Shown here in pieces: positions 9,759 through 19,006 of a stretch of DNA of 64,000 nt. The notes under the pieces are model-generated. The model had not been told where the DNA came from. It saw only the letters and a list, made by a program, of their open reading frames with translations, and ran no database searches. The stretch's first letter is position 1. Every line of letters begins with the position of its first letter. The stretch is taken from contig JAFSCE010000014.1 in assembly GCA_017436915.1 (NCBI GenBank), forward strand, positions 1,974-65,973, given 5' to 3'. A program made the position numbers and the translations under genes. Origin of the DNA: Clostridia bacterium (GTDB lineage: Bacteria > Bacillota > Clostridia > Oscillospirales > Acutalibacteraceae).

Positions 9759-10368
9759 CATCGTCCGCGTTAAAGAGGGCGCTACCTACCACGGCAATAT
9801 CGGCGCCCGCTTCGGCGGCGACGGGTGCCGTAGCGGCGCCGATGCCGCCATCTACCTGCAGCTGCACGGATAAGCCGCGACGGTCGATCTCAGTGCGCAG
9901 TTCGCGTACTTTCGGCATCATATCCGCCATAAAGGACTGTCCGCCAAAACCCGGCTCGACGGTCATCACGAGAATCATATCGACTTTATCCAGATACGGG
10001 AACACCGCACTTGCAGGTGTTTTCGGTTTAATAGTGAGTGCCGCTTTTTTGCCGAGCGCACGGATCTTATCCAGCGTTTCGGCAATCGGCGCGGCGCTTT
10101 CTACGTGGAAATTGATGAGATCCGCGCCCGCTTTCGCAAACGCCTCGATCAGTCGGTCGGGGTATTCCATCATCAGATGCACGTCAAAAAACATGTCCGA
10201 GATCGGGCGCAGACGTGCAATGACCGGCGGGCCGAAGCTTAAGTTCGGCACGAACACACCGTCCATCACGTCTAAATGCACCATATCGGCACCGGTTTGT
10301 TTCACAAAATCGAGTTCCCGTTCCATATGCGCAAAGTCACAGGTGAGGATGGAAGGAGATACCAGCAT
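9694..10368 (-). CDS. rpe: Ribulose-phosphate 3-epimerase
   Basis: Carries MLVSPSILTCDF, HLDVMDGVFVPNLSFG, and GFGGQSF followed by QVDGG. The start is set at 10368 because the predicted promoter lies at 10412-10440. Confidence 0.9.
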   Translation of the reverse strand: MLVSPSILTCDFAHMERELDFVKQTGADMVHLDVMDGVFVPNLSFGPPVIARLRPISDMFFDVHLMMEYPDRLIEAFAKAGADLINFHVESAAPIAETLDKIRALGKKAALTIKPKTPASAVFPYLDKVDMILVMTVEPGFGGQSFMADMMPKVRELRTEIDRRGLSVQLQVDGGIGAATAPVAAEAGADIAVVGSALFNADDAKALVAEIHTLRTGAAVHSQP

Positions 10369-10411
10369 AATTTGCCTCTTTTCCGCCCGATGGGCATAGA
10401 AATACAAATAC

Positions 10412-10440
10412 ATTTTACCTCATTTTTCGAAAAAGGTCAA
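10412..10440 (-). promoter_or_regulatory. Sigma-A type promoter for rpe
   Basis: The minus strand reads TTGACC, a 17-nt spacer, then TAAAAT. Confidence 0.5.
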
Positions 10441-10450
10441 TAATCCAAAT

Positions 10451-10486
10451 AAAAGCACCTGACAGCGCGCTGCCAGGTGCTTTTTT
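10451..10486 (-). terminator. Hairpin terminator closing the BMC operon
   Basis: AAAAGCACCTG and CAGGTGCTTTT form the stem, with runs of A/T on both sides. It lies 7 nt downstream of the pduL stop. Confidence 0.6.
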
Positions 10487-10492
10487 CGAGAT

Positions 10493-11140
10493 TTATTTTA
10501 CGACTTCCACTTTGAAACCGTTCCCGATGCCGGCGGCGTTTGCGTCGTCGGTGTCAACGTGCATTTCCAAACGGAACGCCTTGTTGACACGCACCTGCAC
10601 GTCGTAGAACGTGGTGCGGCGCTCGCCGTTCAGATTCACGGTAACGTAATCGCCGTCTTTGACACCGAATGCGGCGCCGTCTTCCTCACTCATGTGGATG
10701 TGACGGTTGGCAATGATGCAGCCCTCGGAAAGCGTGACAACGCCCTTGGGACCGATGATGGTGACGGGGGCGGAGCCGGCAATATCGCCCGATTCGCGCA
10801 CCGGCGGTTTGACTTTCAGTACAAACGAATCGGTGCGGGAGATCTCCACCTGCGAGGCCTTTCTCACGGGGCCAAGCACGCGCACGTTCTCAATGGGGCG
10901 CATGGCGGGACCGACGATGGTGAGCACTTCTTTGCAGGCGTACTGGCCGGGCTGAGAGAGATCCTTAAGCGGGGTCAGCTCATAGCCCTTGCCGAACAAG
11001 ATCTCCACGTGTTCTTTGGAGAGATGGATGTGACGGTTGGATACACCCACCGGCACGGTATTATCCGCTTTCGGTGCAGTGCCGACCTCCGCGATCACGC
11101 GGTTGACGATCTCGGTAACTAACGATGCATCGTATGCCAT
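10493..11140 (-). CDS. pduL: Phosphate propanoyltransferase PduL, with an N-terminal encapsulation-peptide-like helix
   Basis: The PduL repeat is duplicated: GVSNRHIHLS and IANRHIHMS. The N-terminus reads SLVTEIVNRVIAEV. Confidence 0.9.
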   Translation of the reverse strand: MAYDASLVTEIVNRVIAEVGTAPKADNTVPVGVSNRHIHLSKEHVEILFGKGYELTPLKDLSQPGQYACKEVLTIVGPAMRPIENVRVLGPVRKASQVEISRTDSFVLKVKPPVRESGDIAGSAPVTIIGPKGVVTLSEGCIIANRHIHMSEEDGAAFGVKDGDYVTVNLNGERRTTFYDVQVRVNKAFRLEMHVDTDDANAAGIGNGFKVEVVK

Positions 11141-11155
11141 AGTGAAATCTCCTTT

Positions 11156-12601
11156 TTAGATAATGCGGAAGCTATCCGCCATCACGCAGCGGCGCTGACG
11201 CGTGAAGCTGCGTGCCGAGGTGATACCCTCACCGGTGGGGCCGGCGATGGTGAAGGTGGTGTGACCTTCGCCGCCGAAGCCGATGCCCGCGTAAGACGGA
11301 GCATTCTTTACGAAAATGGTGGTTTCCACCGCTTTGGCAAAGCGGGACAGATGATCGATGTTCTTGGAGTGCATGTGAGCGGTGTGGCGGTTGCCGTGCT
11401 CCGCTTTGCAAGCCAGCTCGATCGCTTCGTCGATGTTGTCCACGCGCACGATGGGCAGAATGGGCATCATCAGCTCGTGCTGCACGAAGGGGTGGTCGAA
11501 ATCGGCCTCGCAGATGATGCACCGAATATCTTTGCTCACGTTGATACCGATCTTGGCAAGCAACACGTCTGCGTCACGACCGACACAGTCGCGATTGACA
11601 ATGGTCTTGACCTTGCCGTTTTTGTCGGTCTTGTTGACGAGTACGATGTCGGCAAGCTGTTTTGCCTGATTGGCGTTGATCTGGTAAGCACCGTTGCGCA
11701 GCATGACCGAGATGAGCTCGTCGGCAATGTTGCGGAACGCGAACACTTCTTTTTCTGCGATGCAGGGCAGGTTGTTGTCGAAGGTGCAGCCGTCGATAAT
11801 GTCTTTACCGGCTTTGGCGATGTCGGCGGTATCGTCCACGATGACCGGCGGGTTACCGGCACCGGCGCCGATCGCTTTTTTACCGGAAGAAAGCACGGCG
11901 CGCACAACGCCGGGGCCACCGGTGCAAACGAGCAGGCGGATAGACGGATGCGACTGCATGATCGCCGCGGATTCCATCGTGGGTTTCTTCATGGAGCAAA
12001 CCAACACGTCGGGGCCGCCTGCTGCCTTGCAGGCGCGGTTGACGAGGTCGACCGCGTAGTTGGAGGTCGCGATAGCGTTGGGGTGGGGGTTGAACACCAC
12101 ACCGTTACCTGCCGCGATCATACCGATGCTGTTGCAGATGACCGTTTCACTGGGGTTGGTGCTGGGAGTGATGGCACCCACCACACCGAACGGAGCCATT
12201 TCAACCAGCGTCAGACCGCTGTCACCCGTCTTGGCGGCAGACACGATATCCTCGGTACCGGGGGTCTTGTCTGCTACCAACAAGTGCTTGGCGCGCTTGT
12301 GATCCACGCGACCCATACCGGTCTCGGCGACACCCAGTTCTGCCATGATCGGCGCTTCCTCGCGGGTGCGTTTGCGGATCTCGGTGATGATGCGCTCGCG
12401 CTCTTCCACGCTCATGGAACGAATGGCGCGATAGCCGGCTTCCGCCGCCTTGATCGCTTCATTCATGTCCTCGTAAATACCGATCAGCTTACGGCCGCCG
12501 TATTGGGTGGAATCCCACGATGCGGCGGGGGTCGTTTGAATGCGGTTCAGTACTTGGCTGACAACCTGTCGGATCTCAGATTCGGAAATTGTTGTTGCCA
12601 T
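11156..12601 (-). CDS. pduP: CoA-acylating aldehyde dehydrogenase (PduP/EutE family), with an N-terminal encapsulation peptide
   Basis: 481 aa in the ALDH fold, with TGGPGVV and a CIAEKE catalytic Cys region. The N-terminus reads SESEIRQVVSQVLNRI. Confidence 0.9.
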   Translation of the reverse strand: MATTISESEIRQVVSQVLNRIQTTPAASWDSTQYGGRKLIGIYEDMNEAIKAAEAGYRAIRSMSVEERERIITEIRKRTREEAPIMAELGVAETGMGRVDHKRAKHLLVADKTPGTEDIVSAAKTGDSGLTLVEMAPFGVVGAITPSTNPSETVICNSIGMIAAGNGVVFNPHPNAIATSNYAVDLVNRACKAAGGPDVLVCSMKKPTMESAAIMQSHPSIRLLVCTGGPGVVRAVLSSGKKAIGAGAGNPPVIVDDTADIAKAGKDIIDGCTFDNNLPCIAEKEVFAFRNIADELISVMLRNGAYQINANQAKQLADIVLVNKTDKNGKVKTIVNRDCVGRDADVLLAKIGINVSKDIRCIICEADFDHPFVQHELMMPILPIVRVDNIDEAIELACKAEHGNRHTAHMHSKNIDHLSRFAKAVETTIFVKNAPSYAGIGFGGEGHTTFTIAGPTGEGITSARSFTRQRRCVMADSFRII

Positions 12602-12643
12602 CTTAAAATCACTCCTTACAGAACTTCAGGGTATCTTTTTCAA

Positions 12644-13408
12644 TCAGTAAACCAGTTCAACGTCTTTGTTTCTTAAATATTCCACCCAACGATCGTCGGG
12701 CTTTTCGTCGGTGACCACGGTGTCGATATCCGCAACGTCGCATACCTTGACGAATGAGATCTTATCGAATTTTGTGCCGTCCACCGCGAGTACTTTGCGG
12801 TTGGCGGCGGAGAAGATTGCCTGCTTGATCTGGCAATCTTTTTCGTTTGAGTCGGTAACGCCCATATTCATATCGAAGCCCTTTGAGGAGCATACGGCTA
12901 AATCCACATGGAAACCGCGGATCATTTTCTCTGCCGTGGTGCCGACCATCGCGAGCGCGCCTTCCTTCAGCGCGCCGCCGGTGGATAGGACGTTCCAGCC
13001 CTCCTTGTCGGCAAGCTCCAAGAGAATCTCAACGGAGTTTGTGATGAGCGTAATGTTTTTGCGGGATTTAATGTATTTGGTCACGAAAATGGCGGTGGAG
13101 CTGGCGTCCAACATGATGTAATCGCCGTCGTGGATCATCTCGCCGATCTTTTGAGCGATACGCTGTTTTCGATCGACGTTCGCACGCTTGCGAACGCTGA
13201 ACGGCAGGTCGGTATTCATCGTTTGGGTGGCTACCGCGCCGCCGTACGTCTTTTTCGCTAAGCCGTCTTTATCCAGCTTTTCCAAATCGCGGCGAATGGT
13301 TTCTTCCGTTACACCGAAGTCACGGCTCAAGTCCGCAACAATGACTTTTCCATCTTGCGCTAATTTCGAAAGAATGACATTCCGCCGTTCAATTGCGAGC
13401 ATCGCCAT
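12644..13408 (-). CDS. DeoR/GlpR-family transcriptional regulator, embedded in line in the BMC locus
   Basis: N-terminal HTH (VADLSRDFGVTEETIRRDLEKL) plus a C-terminal DeoR sugar-phosphate-binding domain. Confidence 0.9.
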   Translation of the reverse strand: MAMLAIERRNVILSKLAQDGKVIVADLSRDFGVTEETIRRDLEKLDKDGLAKKTYGGAVATQTMNTDLPFSVRKRANVDRKQRIAQKIGEMIHDGDYIMLDASSTAIFVTKYIKSRKNITLITNSVEILLELADKEGWNVLSTGGALKEGALAMVGTTAEKMIRGFHVDLAVCSSKGFDMNMGVTDSNEKDCQIKQAIFSAANRKVLAVDGTKFDKISFVKVCDVADIDTVVTDEKPDDRWVEYLRNKDVELVY

Positions 13409-13461
13409 GACCTCCTTTCCCTTAGGGTTTGATTACTCACCCTAAAATCTACCGCGTTGTT

Positions 13462-14010
13462 TTACAGGATACTACGCCACATTTTCTCGTCGGGGTGGGG
13501 AATGATCGCACTGTCAAGATACATACCGGCGTCGCCGGCGCCCTTTTGGGCGTTGTTGATAGCGGCTTGTACTGCGGCGATCTCGCCGGTCAGGAGTAAA
13601 TACGATTTGCCGCACATACCACGAGCGAGGCGAAGTTCCACCAAATCGACTTGAGCGGTTTTGGCGGCGACGTCCGCAGCGACAATAGCCGCGGCAGCTG
13701 TAAAGGTCTCCAGAACACCGAGCGCGTTCGGCTTACCGATATCAGTTGAGCCGTACAACGCGCTGAAGATGGATTCGTGGGGGTTGCCAAGCACAAAACT
13801 GTCAATCAGGGAATCGGGATAGTGTGTTGATGATGCATCAACCGCTGCCTTGACAGCGCTCAGATCACCGCTGATGATGACCATGTATTTACCGGGGCAA
13901 ACCGCGCCGGCTTCCAATATATCGACCTCTGATGTTTTGACCATCCGATCCGCCGCCATCATACCGGAGGATACGGTTTTATATTCGACCATGCCGATTG
14001 CTTTTTTCAT
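13462..14010 (-). CDS. pduT: Tandem BMC-domain shell protein (BMC-T, PduT-like)
   Basis: 182 aa with two BMC repeats (GMVEYKTVSSG and GVLETFTAAAA). Cys38 in AVCPGKY sits at the position of the PduT pore Fe-S ligand. Confidence 0.85.
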   Translation of the reverse strand: MKKAIGMVEYKTVSSGMMAADRMVKTSEVDILEAGAVCPGKYMVIISGDLSAVKAAVDASSTHYPDSLIDSFVLGNPHESIFSALYGSTDIGKPNALGVLETFTAAAAIVAADVAAKTAQVDLVELRLARGMCGKSYLLLTGEIAAVQAAINNAQKGAGDAGMYLDSAIIPHPDEKMWRSIL

Positions 14011-15341
14011 TATGCATCCTCCTTCATCAGAGTAATGACCGAGTCGCTGACGGATTCAACCGTCGCGTTGACCGGTGCGTGGATGTTGACGCTGAGTGCG
14101 TTTTCGGCGGCTTCGGCGATCACCTGACCGGCGGTTACCTTATCGCCTGCGGCGACCACCGCTTTGGCGGGAGCGCCGATATGCTGTGATAACAGCACGC
14201 GGAGCTGTTTGCCCGACGGCTCGGCATCGGATAACGGTGCCGGCTTGTCGTAAGCGGTGAGCCCCAGCCGCGCCATTAAACGGTTCATCGGTACTCGGCG
14301 GTAGTCACGAGCCGGGTTAACCGGTTGTGCTTCCGGAGCGGGCGGCTTAATACCGTTTTGCCGAAGTCCCGTTTTGCAGGCGGCGAGCAGCGTGCGGGGG
14401 GCAAGACCCTGACCGCAGGAATACAATTCGCACAGACCGCAGCTGACGCAATAAAACGAGTTAAGATAAGGGGTCGCGTCGTTGGTAATGCCGTTTGACG
14501 CGTATAGCATAAATTTGTGGGGTTCGATCGGATGTCCGAGCATGTGACGGGGACACAGATCGGTGCAGTAGTTGCACTGACAACACGCCGCCATGGCGCG
14601 CTTCATATCCACAAAGGGTTTGGCTTGTTTTTTCTCGATCAGCAGATGATCGTCCGGCAAAACCAGTACGGCGTTCGTCGTGCGGGTGACCGGTTCGTGT
14701 ACACTGCCGATGCGACCCATCATCGGGCCGCCCATCAGATACGAGGGATGGGGAGTGGTGGTGCCGCCCGCAAGTTCGATCAGCTCACTGATCGCGGTGC
14801 CGACCGGCACCTTGAAGGTGGCGGGGTTGGCAACCTCGCCCGCGACGGTCACGTACTTGTGCGTGACCGGCTTTCCGCCGAGCAGGTTTGCCACGTTAAG
14901 GATGGTCTCCACGTTGAACACCGTAACGCCTACCGCGATGGGCAACCCGCCTGCGGGTACGACGCGTCCGGTGGCTTCGTAGATCAGCACCACTTCGTCA
15001 CCGGCAGGATATACCGCCGGCAGACGGCAAATTGACATATTTGAGTAGGCGGCCATATGTTGTTCGACGGCTTCAATCGTTTGCTTGTAATGCTTCTTGA
15101 TGCCGAGGATCACCGATTTGGCGCCTATTGTTTTCGCAATTAAATCAAAAGCCCTCAGGATTTCTTCTGCGTGCTGCTCCAAGAGCTGTTGATGCAGTTT
15201 TAAAAGCGGCTCGCATTCTGCACAGTTGAGGATAAGGGTGTCGGCGCGCTCGTCCAATTTCGCGTACGAGGGGAAACCGGCACCGCCGGCGCCGACCACG
15301 CCACCCTCACGGAGAAGGGCCTTGAGTTCAGTTATGTTCAT
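14010..15341 (-). CDS. pduS: PduS-like RnfC-family flavo-iron-sulfur oxidoreductase
   Basis: Carries GAGGAGFPSYAKL, TLILNCAECEP and two Cys clusters (CCQCNYCTDLCP and CVSCGLCELYSC). At 443 aa it is close to the expected PduS length. Confidence 0.85.
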   Translation of the reverse strand: MNITELKALLREGGVVGAGGAGFPSYAKLDERADTLILNCAECEPLLKLHQQLLEQHAEEILRAFDLIAKTIGAKSVILGIKKHYKQTIEAVEQHMAAYSNMSICRLPAVYPAGDEVVLIYEATGRVVPAGGLPIAVGVTVFNVETILNVANLLGGKPVTHKYVTVAGEVANPATFKVPVGTAISELIELAGGTTTPHPSYLMGGPMMGRIGSVHEPVTRTTNAVLVLPDDHLLIEKKQAKPFVDMKRAMAACCQCNYCTDLCPRHMLGHPIEPHKFMLYASNGITNDATPYLNSFYCVSCGLCELYSCGQGLAPRTLLAACKTGLRQNGIKPPAPEAQPVNPARDYRRVPMNRLMARLGLTAYDKPAPLSDAEPSGKQLRVLLSQHIGAPAKAVVAAGDKVTAGQVIAEAAENALSVNIHAPVNATVESVSDSVITLMKEDA

Positions 15342-15609
15342 GATTATTCAGTCCTATACCGTTATCCACGATGCCGACGATGGCGGCATCAACAGGTGCG
15401 TTTTCCATATTGCAACCGATGCGGGCAGCGCTGCCGGTGGCTACCAAAACAAGCTCACCTATGCCGGCGCCGACGTTGTCGATCGCAACGATGTTGGAGG
15501 AGCTGTCGCCCATATCGGCGAGCGGCTCAATCACCATAAATTTACTGCCGATTAAGTTGTCGTTTTTGCGTGTGGAAACGATGCTTCCCACAACTTTTCC
15601 GACGATCAT
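15328..15609 (-). CDS. pduN: BMC vertex pentamer protein (BMC-P; EutN/CcmL/PduN family)
   Basis: Starts MIVGKVVGSIVSTRKNDNLIGSKFMVIEPL. The ATG at 15609 follows AAAGGTGAGG. Confidence 0.9.
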   Translation of the reverse strand: MIVGKVVGSIVSTRKNDNLIGSKFMVIEPLADMGDSSSNIVAIDNVGAGIGELVLVATGSAARIGCNMENAPVDAAIVGIVDNGIGLNNHEHN

Positions 15610-15695
15610 GTTCCTCACCTTTTCATTCAATAGTTTGGGGGATGGGGAGAATGCGGAGGGAGCGGAAGCCCCCTCCGCATGAACCATACAAATAC

Positions 15696-15974
15696 TTATT
15701 TGAGTACGGGCAGGATCTTCTCCACATCGCCATGGGGTCTCGGGATGACATGCGTAGCAATGACTTCGCCCAGACGCGCAGCAGAAGTCGAACCGGCTTC
15801 CACAGCGGACTTAACAGCGCCGACATCGCCGCGAACCATGACGGACACGAGTCCGGAACCGATCTTCTCGGTACCGATCAGGACGACGTTCGCAGCTTTG
15901 ACCATTGCGTCAGCAGCTTCGACAGCGGCGACCAGACCTCTGGTTTCGACCATACCTAATGCTTCCAGTGCCAT
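15696..15974 (-). CDS. BMC-H hexamer shell protein (PduA/PduJ-like), paralogue 1
   Basis: Starts [30 protein letters not shown], the canonical Pfam00936-type sequence. Confidence 0.95.
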   Translation of the reverse strand: MALEALGMVETRGLVAAVEAADAMVKAANVVLIGTEKIGSGLVSVMVRGDVGAVKSAVEAGSTSAARLGEVIATHVIPRPHGDVEKILPVLK

Positions 15975-16010
15975 TGATGTTTCCTCCTTGTGTTATTTTG
16001 TTTGGTAGAC

Positions 16011-16289
16011 TTATTTCAGCGCCGGCAAGATTTTCTCGACGTCGCTGTGGGGTCTCGGGATTACATGGGTCGCAACCAACTCGCCCAGCGTAGATGCGGA
16101 CGTAGAACCGGCTTCGACAGCAGCTTTGACGGCGCCGACATCGCCGCGAACCATGACGGACACGAGTCCGGAACCGATCTTCTCGGTACCGATCAGGGTC
16201 ACGTTCGCAGCTTTGACCATTGCGTCAGCAGCTTCGACGGCGGCTACCAGACCTCTGGTTTCGACCATACCCAATGCTTCCAGTGCCAT
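16011..16289 (-). CDS. BMC-H hexamer shell protein, paralogue 2 (an alternative upstream start at 16373 would add a 28-aa Ala/Pro/Glu-rich extension)
   Basis: About 91% identical to paralogue 1 at the protein level. A strong RBS (AAAGGAGGTAAAGAGT) precedes the internal ATG at 16289. The longer ORF overlaps the upstream gene by 14 nt. Confidence 0.85.
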   Translation of the reverse strand: MALEALGMVETRGLVAAVEAADAMVKAANVTLIGTEKIGSGLVSVMVRGDVGAVKAAVEAGSTSASTLGELVATHVIPRPHSDVEKILPALK

Positions 16290-16359
16290 ACTCTTTACCT
16301 CCTTTACCGGTTCTACTTCGGGCGCCGCGTTCGGCGCCTCAGTGGGGACCTTTTTTTGT

Positions 16360-16665
16360 TCAGCCATTTTCATTCCCTGCCTTTTTCTGAATTCGTGCGG
16401 CGCTCAAATTGATCATCCGCATGGTTTCCTCGTGCGGGCTGGCAATGACAGCGTGAGCAACGGGTTTTGAGATTGCGTTCGCGATCGTGTTTTCCACGGC
16501 GGCGGTGACAGCCGATACGTCGCCTTGCACGACGATCGTGACCAGGCGCCCGCCGAGCTTACGCTCCCATGTGACAAATTCCACATTGGCGGATTTGCAC
16601 ATAATGTCCAAGCAATCAACTCCGGCGGTTACGCCGGACACTTCAACCAGTCCTAAAGACTTCAT
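16360..16665 (-). CDS. Divergent BMC-H domain shell protein
   Basis: Starts [30 protein letters not shown] and has a BMC fold pattern with a short basic C-terminal tail. Confidence 0.85.
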   Translation of the reverse strand: MKSLGLVEVSGVTAGVDCLDIMCKSANVEFVTWERKLGGRLVTIVVQGDVSAVTAAVENTIANAISKPVAHAVIASPHEETMRMINLSAARIQKKAGNENG

Positions 16666-16679
16666 CTTGGAATCTCTCC

Positions 16680-16955
16680 TTAGAATTTCGGAAGGATCTT
16701 CTCCACATCAGCGTGAGGACGCGGAATGACGTGGACAGCAACCAACTCGCCCAAACGGGAAGCGGAGTTGGAGCCGGCCTCAACGGCGGCCTTGACAGCG
16801 CCGACGTCGCCGCGGACCATGACGGATACGAGTCCGGAACCGATCTTTTCGGTACCGATGAGGGTGACCTCTGCTGCTTTGGACATTGCATCGGCAGCTT
16901 CGATGGCGGCGGTGAGGCCGCGGGTTTCTACCATACCAAGTGCTTCGTTAGACAT
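16680..16955 (-). CDS. BMC-H hexamer shell protein, paralogue 3
   Basis: Starts [54 protein letters not shown]. Confidence 0.95.
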   Translation of the reverse strand: MSNEALGMVETRGLTAAIEAADAMSKAAEVTLIGTEKIGSGLVSVMVRGDVGAVKAAVEAGSNSASRLGELVAVHVIPRPHADVEKILPKF

Positions 16956-16976
16956 AGGTATATTCCTCCTTTTGAT

Positions 16977-17291
16977 TTAGTTCTTATCGAAAGCATTGAT
17001 TTTGAGCATCGGCTCGGTATCCGGCTCGGTGCTGCTCATGATATGTGTCGTGACAACACCGGATACGCCCTTGGCTGCTTCGGCGGCGGCTGCGACAGCG
17101 GCGGTGACATTGTCGACCGTGCCGCGGAATTTCACCGCAACGATGAGCGGGACCGTTAAGCTTTCGGGGTTGCCGGGTTTGTTTTTGTCGAAGTTTTCGA
17201 CCGTCACATCGGCAGCTTTGCAGCCGGCATCGCACGCGACGAAGGCGGCGACCAAGCCGTATACTTCAATAATACCGGTGGCGTTTCCCAT
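16977..17291 (-). CDS. Divergent BMC-domain shell protein with an internal insertion
   Basis: Carries GIIEVYGLVAAFVACDAGCKAADV and VKFRGTVDNVTAAV. An insertion of about 12 residues (DKNKPGNPESLT) sits within the BMC fold. Confidence 0.8.
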   Translation of the reverse strand: MGNATGIIEVYGLVAAFVACDAGCKAADVTVENFDKNKPGNPESLTVPLIVAVKFRGTVDNVTAAVAAAAEAAKGVSGVVTTHIMSSTEPDTEPMLKINAFDKN

Positions 17292-17305
17292 GGTTTATTC
17301 GCTCC

Positions 17306-18514
17306 CTACTTGTTGACGACAGCGATCTTCAAACCTTCCATTTTCAGGTTCGTGACCAGTGCTTCGTTGATCTGTTCCAACGGGAACTTATGGGTGATGA
17401 GTTTTTCCATCGGCAAGCCGATGCCCTTCGCACGCTTGAGGAAATCAAAGGTGGTTGCGTAGTCACGCAGGGTATATACCCAGGAACCGACCGTAGTGAT
17501 CTCTTTCGAGCAGATGTCGAAGTGGGGGTTGATGGTGGCGTCGCCGCCGTTGATGAAGAAGCCAAGCTCGCACAAGCCGCCGCCGTTGCGGATGAACTTG
17601 TAGATGTTGGCGTGGGCAACGGGGGAGCCGGTGCACTGGAATGCGAAATCGGCAAGATAACCGCCAAACGCATCTTTTACGCCGCCTGCCAACGCTTCCA
17701 CACCCTGGAAGTCTTTGAAATTGACGGTGGCGTTCGCACCCATCTGACGAGCAAACTCCAAGCGCTTGTTCTCGCCGTCTACCGCCACGATGTTTTCAAT
17801 ACCCATCGTACGCAGAACCGCGATGCAGATCAGACCGATCGGACCGCAACCTTGCACGACAACGCGGCTGTTAAAGCGCAGGATGCCGGTGGTCTTGGCG
17901 CGCTCGACGGCGTGCACCAACACGGCGCAGGGCTCGATCAAAATACGGGAATCAAGGTCTAAATCGCTGACGTTGAACACAGACGAACCGCCGCGAACGA
18001 CGATGTAATCGGCGAACCAACCGTTGAAATGGACCTCGTCGTCAGGGAGCAGACCGTATACGTCCGCCGCGCCGACGTTTTGTTTGTTCATATCGAACAT
18101 CGTGATGTTGGGATCGTCGCGCAGGGTGACACAGGTGACGACCTTATCACCGATGTGCAGGGGCTTACCTGCACTGTCAACCTTAACGTTTTTACCCATC
18201 TTGACGATCTCGCCGGTGCCCTCGTGACCGAGTGCCACGGGGATCAGGCCAAAGGGATCGCGCTTGAACTCGTGAGCATCCGTTCCGCAGACGCCGCAGC
18301 CCTCGACCTTGACGAGCATATCGTCATCGCCGAGCTCGGGGATGGCATACTCTTTGAGCTCGAATTTTTCAAGCTCGGTGAGCATGGCCACACGTGCGGT
18401 TTTCGGGACGCTCTGTCCGGCAGCAGGAGCAGCAGCGGGAGCCGGAGCGGCGCCCTTCATATTGTCCAATACCTGGCGGACGATTTCTTCAATGTTGGAA
18501 GAATTAACATCCAT
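17306..18514 (-). CDS. Zn-dependent alcohol dehydrogenase (MDR family), with an N-terminal encapsulation peptide and an Ala/Pro linker
   Basis: Carries GCGVCGTD, GHEGTGEIV and a GCGPIGL Rossmann motif. The N-terminus reads SNIEEIVRQVLDNMKGAAPAPAAAPAAG. Confidence 0.85.
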   Translation of the reverse strand: MDVNSSNIEEIVRQVLDNMKGAAPAPAAAPAAGQSVPKTARVAMLTELEKFELKEYAIPELGDDDMLVKVEGCGVCGTDAHEFKRDPFGLIPVALGHEGTGEIVKMGKNVKVDSAGKPLHIGDKVVTCVTLRDDPNITMFDMNKQNVGAADVYGLLPDDEVHFNGWFADYIVVRGGSSVFNVSDLDLDSRILIEPCAVLVHAVERAKTTGILRFNSRVVVQGCGPIGLICIAVLRTMGIENIVAVDGENKRLEFARQMGANATVNFKDFQGVEALAGGVKDAFGGYLADFAFQCTGSPVAHANIYKFIRNGGGLCELGFFINGGDATINPHFDICSKEITTVGSWVYTLRDYATTFDFLKRAKGIGLPMEKLITHKFPLEQINEALVTNLKMEGLKIAVVNK

Positions 18515-18996
18515 TACTGTGTGCCTCCACTTCTCTCAAAAAGTTCTTTACCGTAAGCAGCCAGTGCGGTATCCTGCTCTTCCGAGCCGCCGCTGACGCC
18601 CAGTCCGCCAATGATCTCACCGCTTGCATTTCTAAGCGGTTCCCCACCGCCGAAAATGACGATGTGTCCTTCATTGGTAAACTGAATGCCGTACAACGGA
18701 CCGCCGGGCTGTGCTAATGGTTTTAATTGTGCGGTGGACATTTTCAGCGAAACGACGGTAAACGCCTTTTGCAAAGCAACGTCGTAACTGGCGATGTACG
18801 AATCGTCTGCACATTCTACCAGTACCGGTCGTGCCGCCTTGTTGGAAATTGCCACCACGGCTTTGACACCCATTTGAGCCGCTTTCTCCCGCACTTTGGC
18901 GGCAAGGGGGAGCGCGGCGTCGAGCGTCATATCGGTAAGGCCGCCTAATTGACGGACTACCTTATCCACAACAGAGCGCAAGACTTGTTCGTCCAT
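18514..18996 (-). CDS. GlcG/HbpS-like (DUF336, PduO C-terminal domain-like) protein, with an N-terminal encapsulation peptide
   Basis: Carries GGGEPL and GGLGVSGG motifs. The N-terminus reads DEQVLRSVVDKVVRQL. Confidence 0.8.
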   Translation of the reverse strand: MDEQVLRSVVDKVVRQLGGLTDMTLDAALPLAAKVREKAAQMGVKAVVAISNKAARPVLVECADDSYIASYDVALQKAFTVVSLKMSTAQLKPLAQPGGPLYGIQFTNEGHIVIFGGGEPLRNASGEIIGGLGVSGGSEEQDTALAAYGKELFERSGGTQ

Positions 18997-19006
18997 AAGT
19001 GACTCC

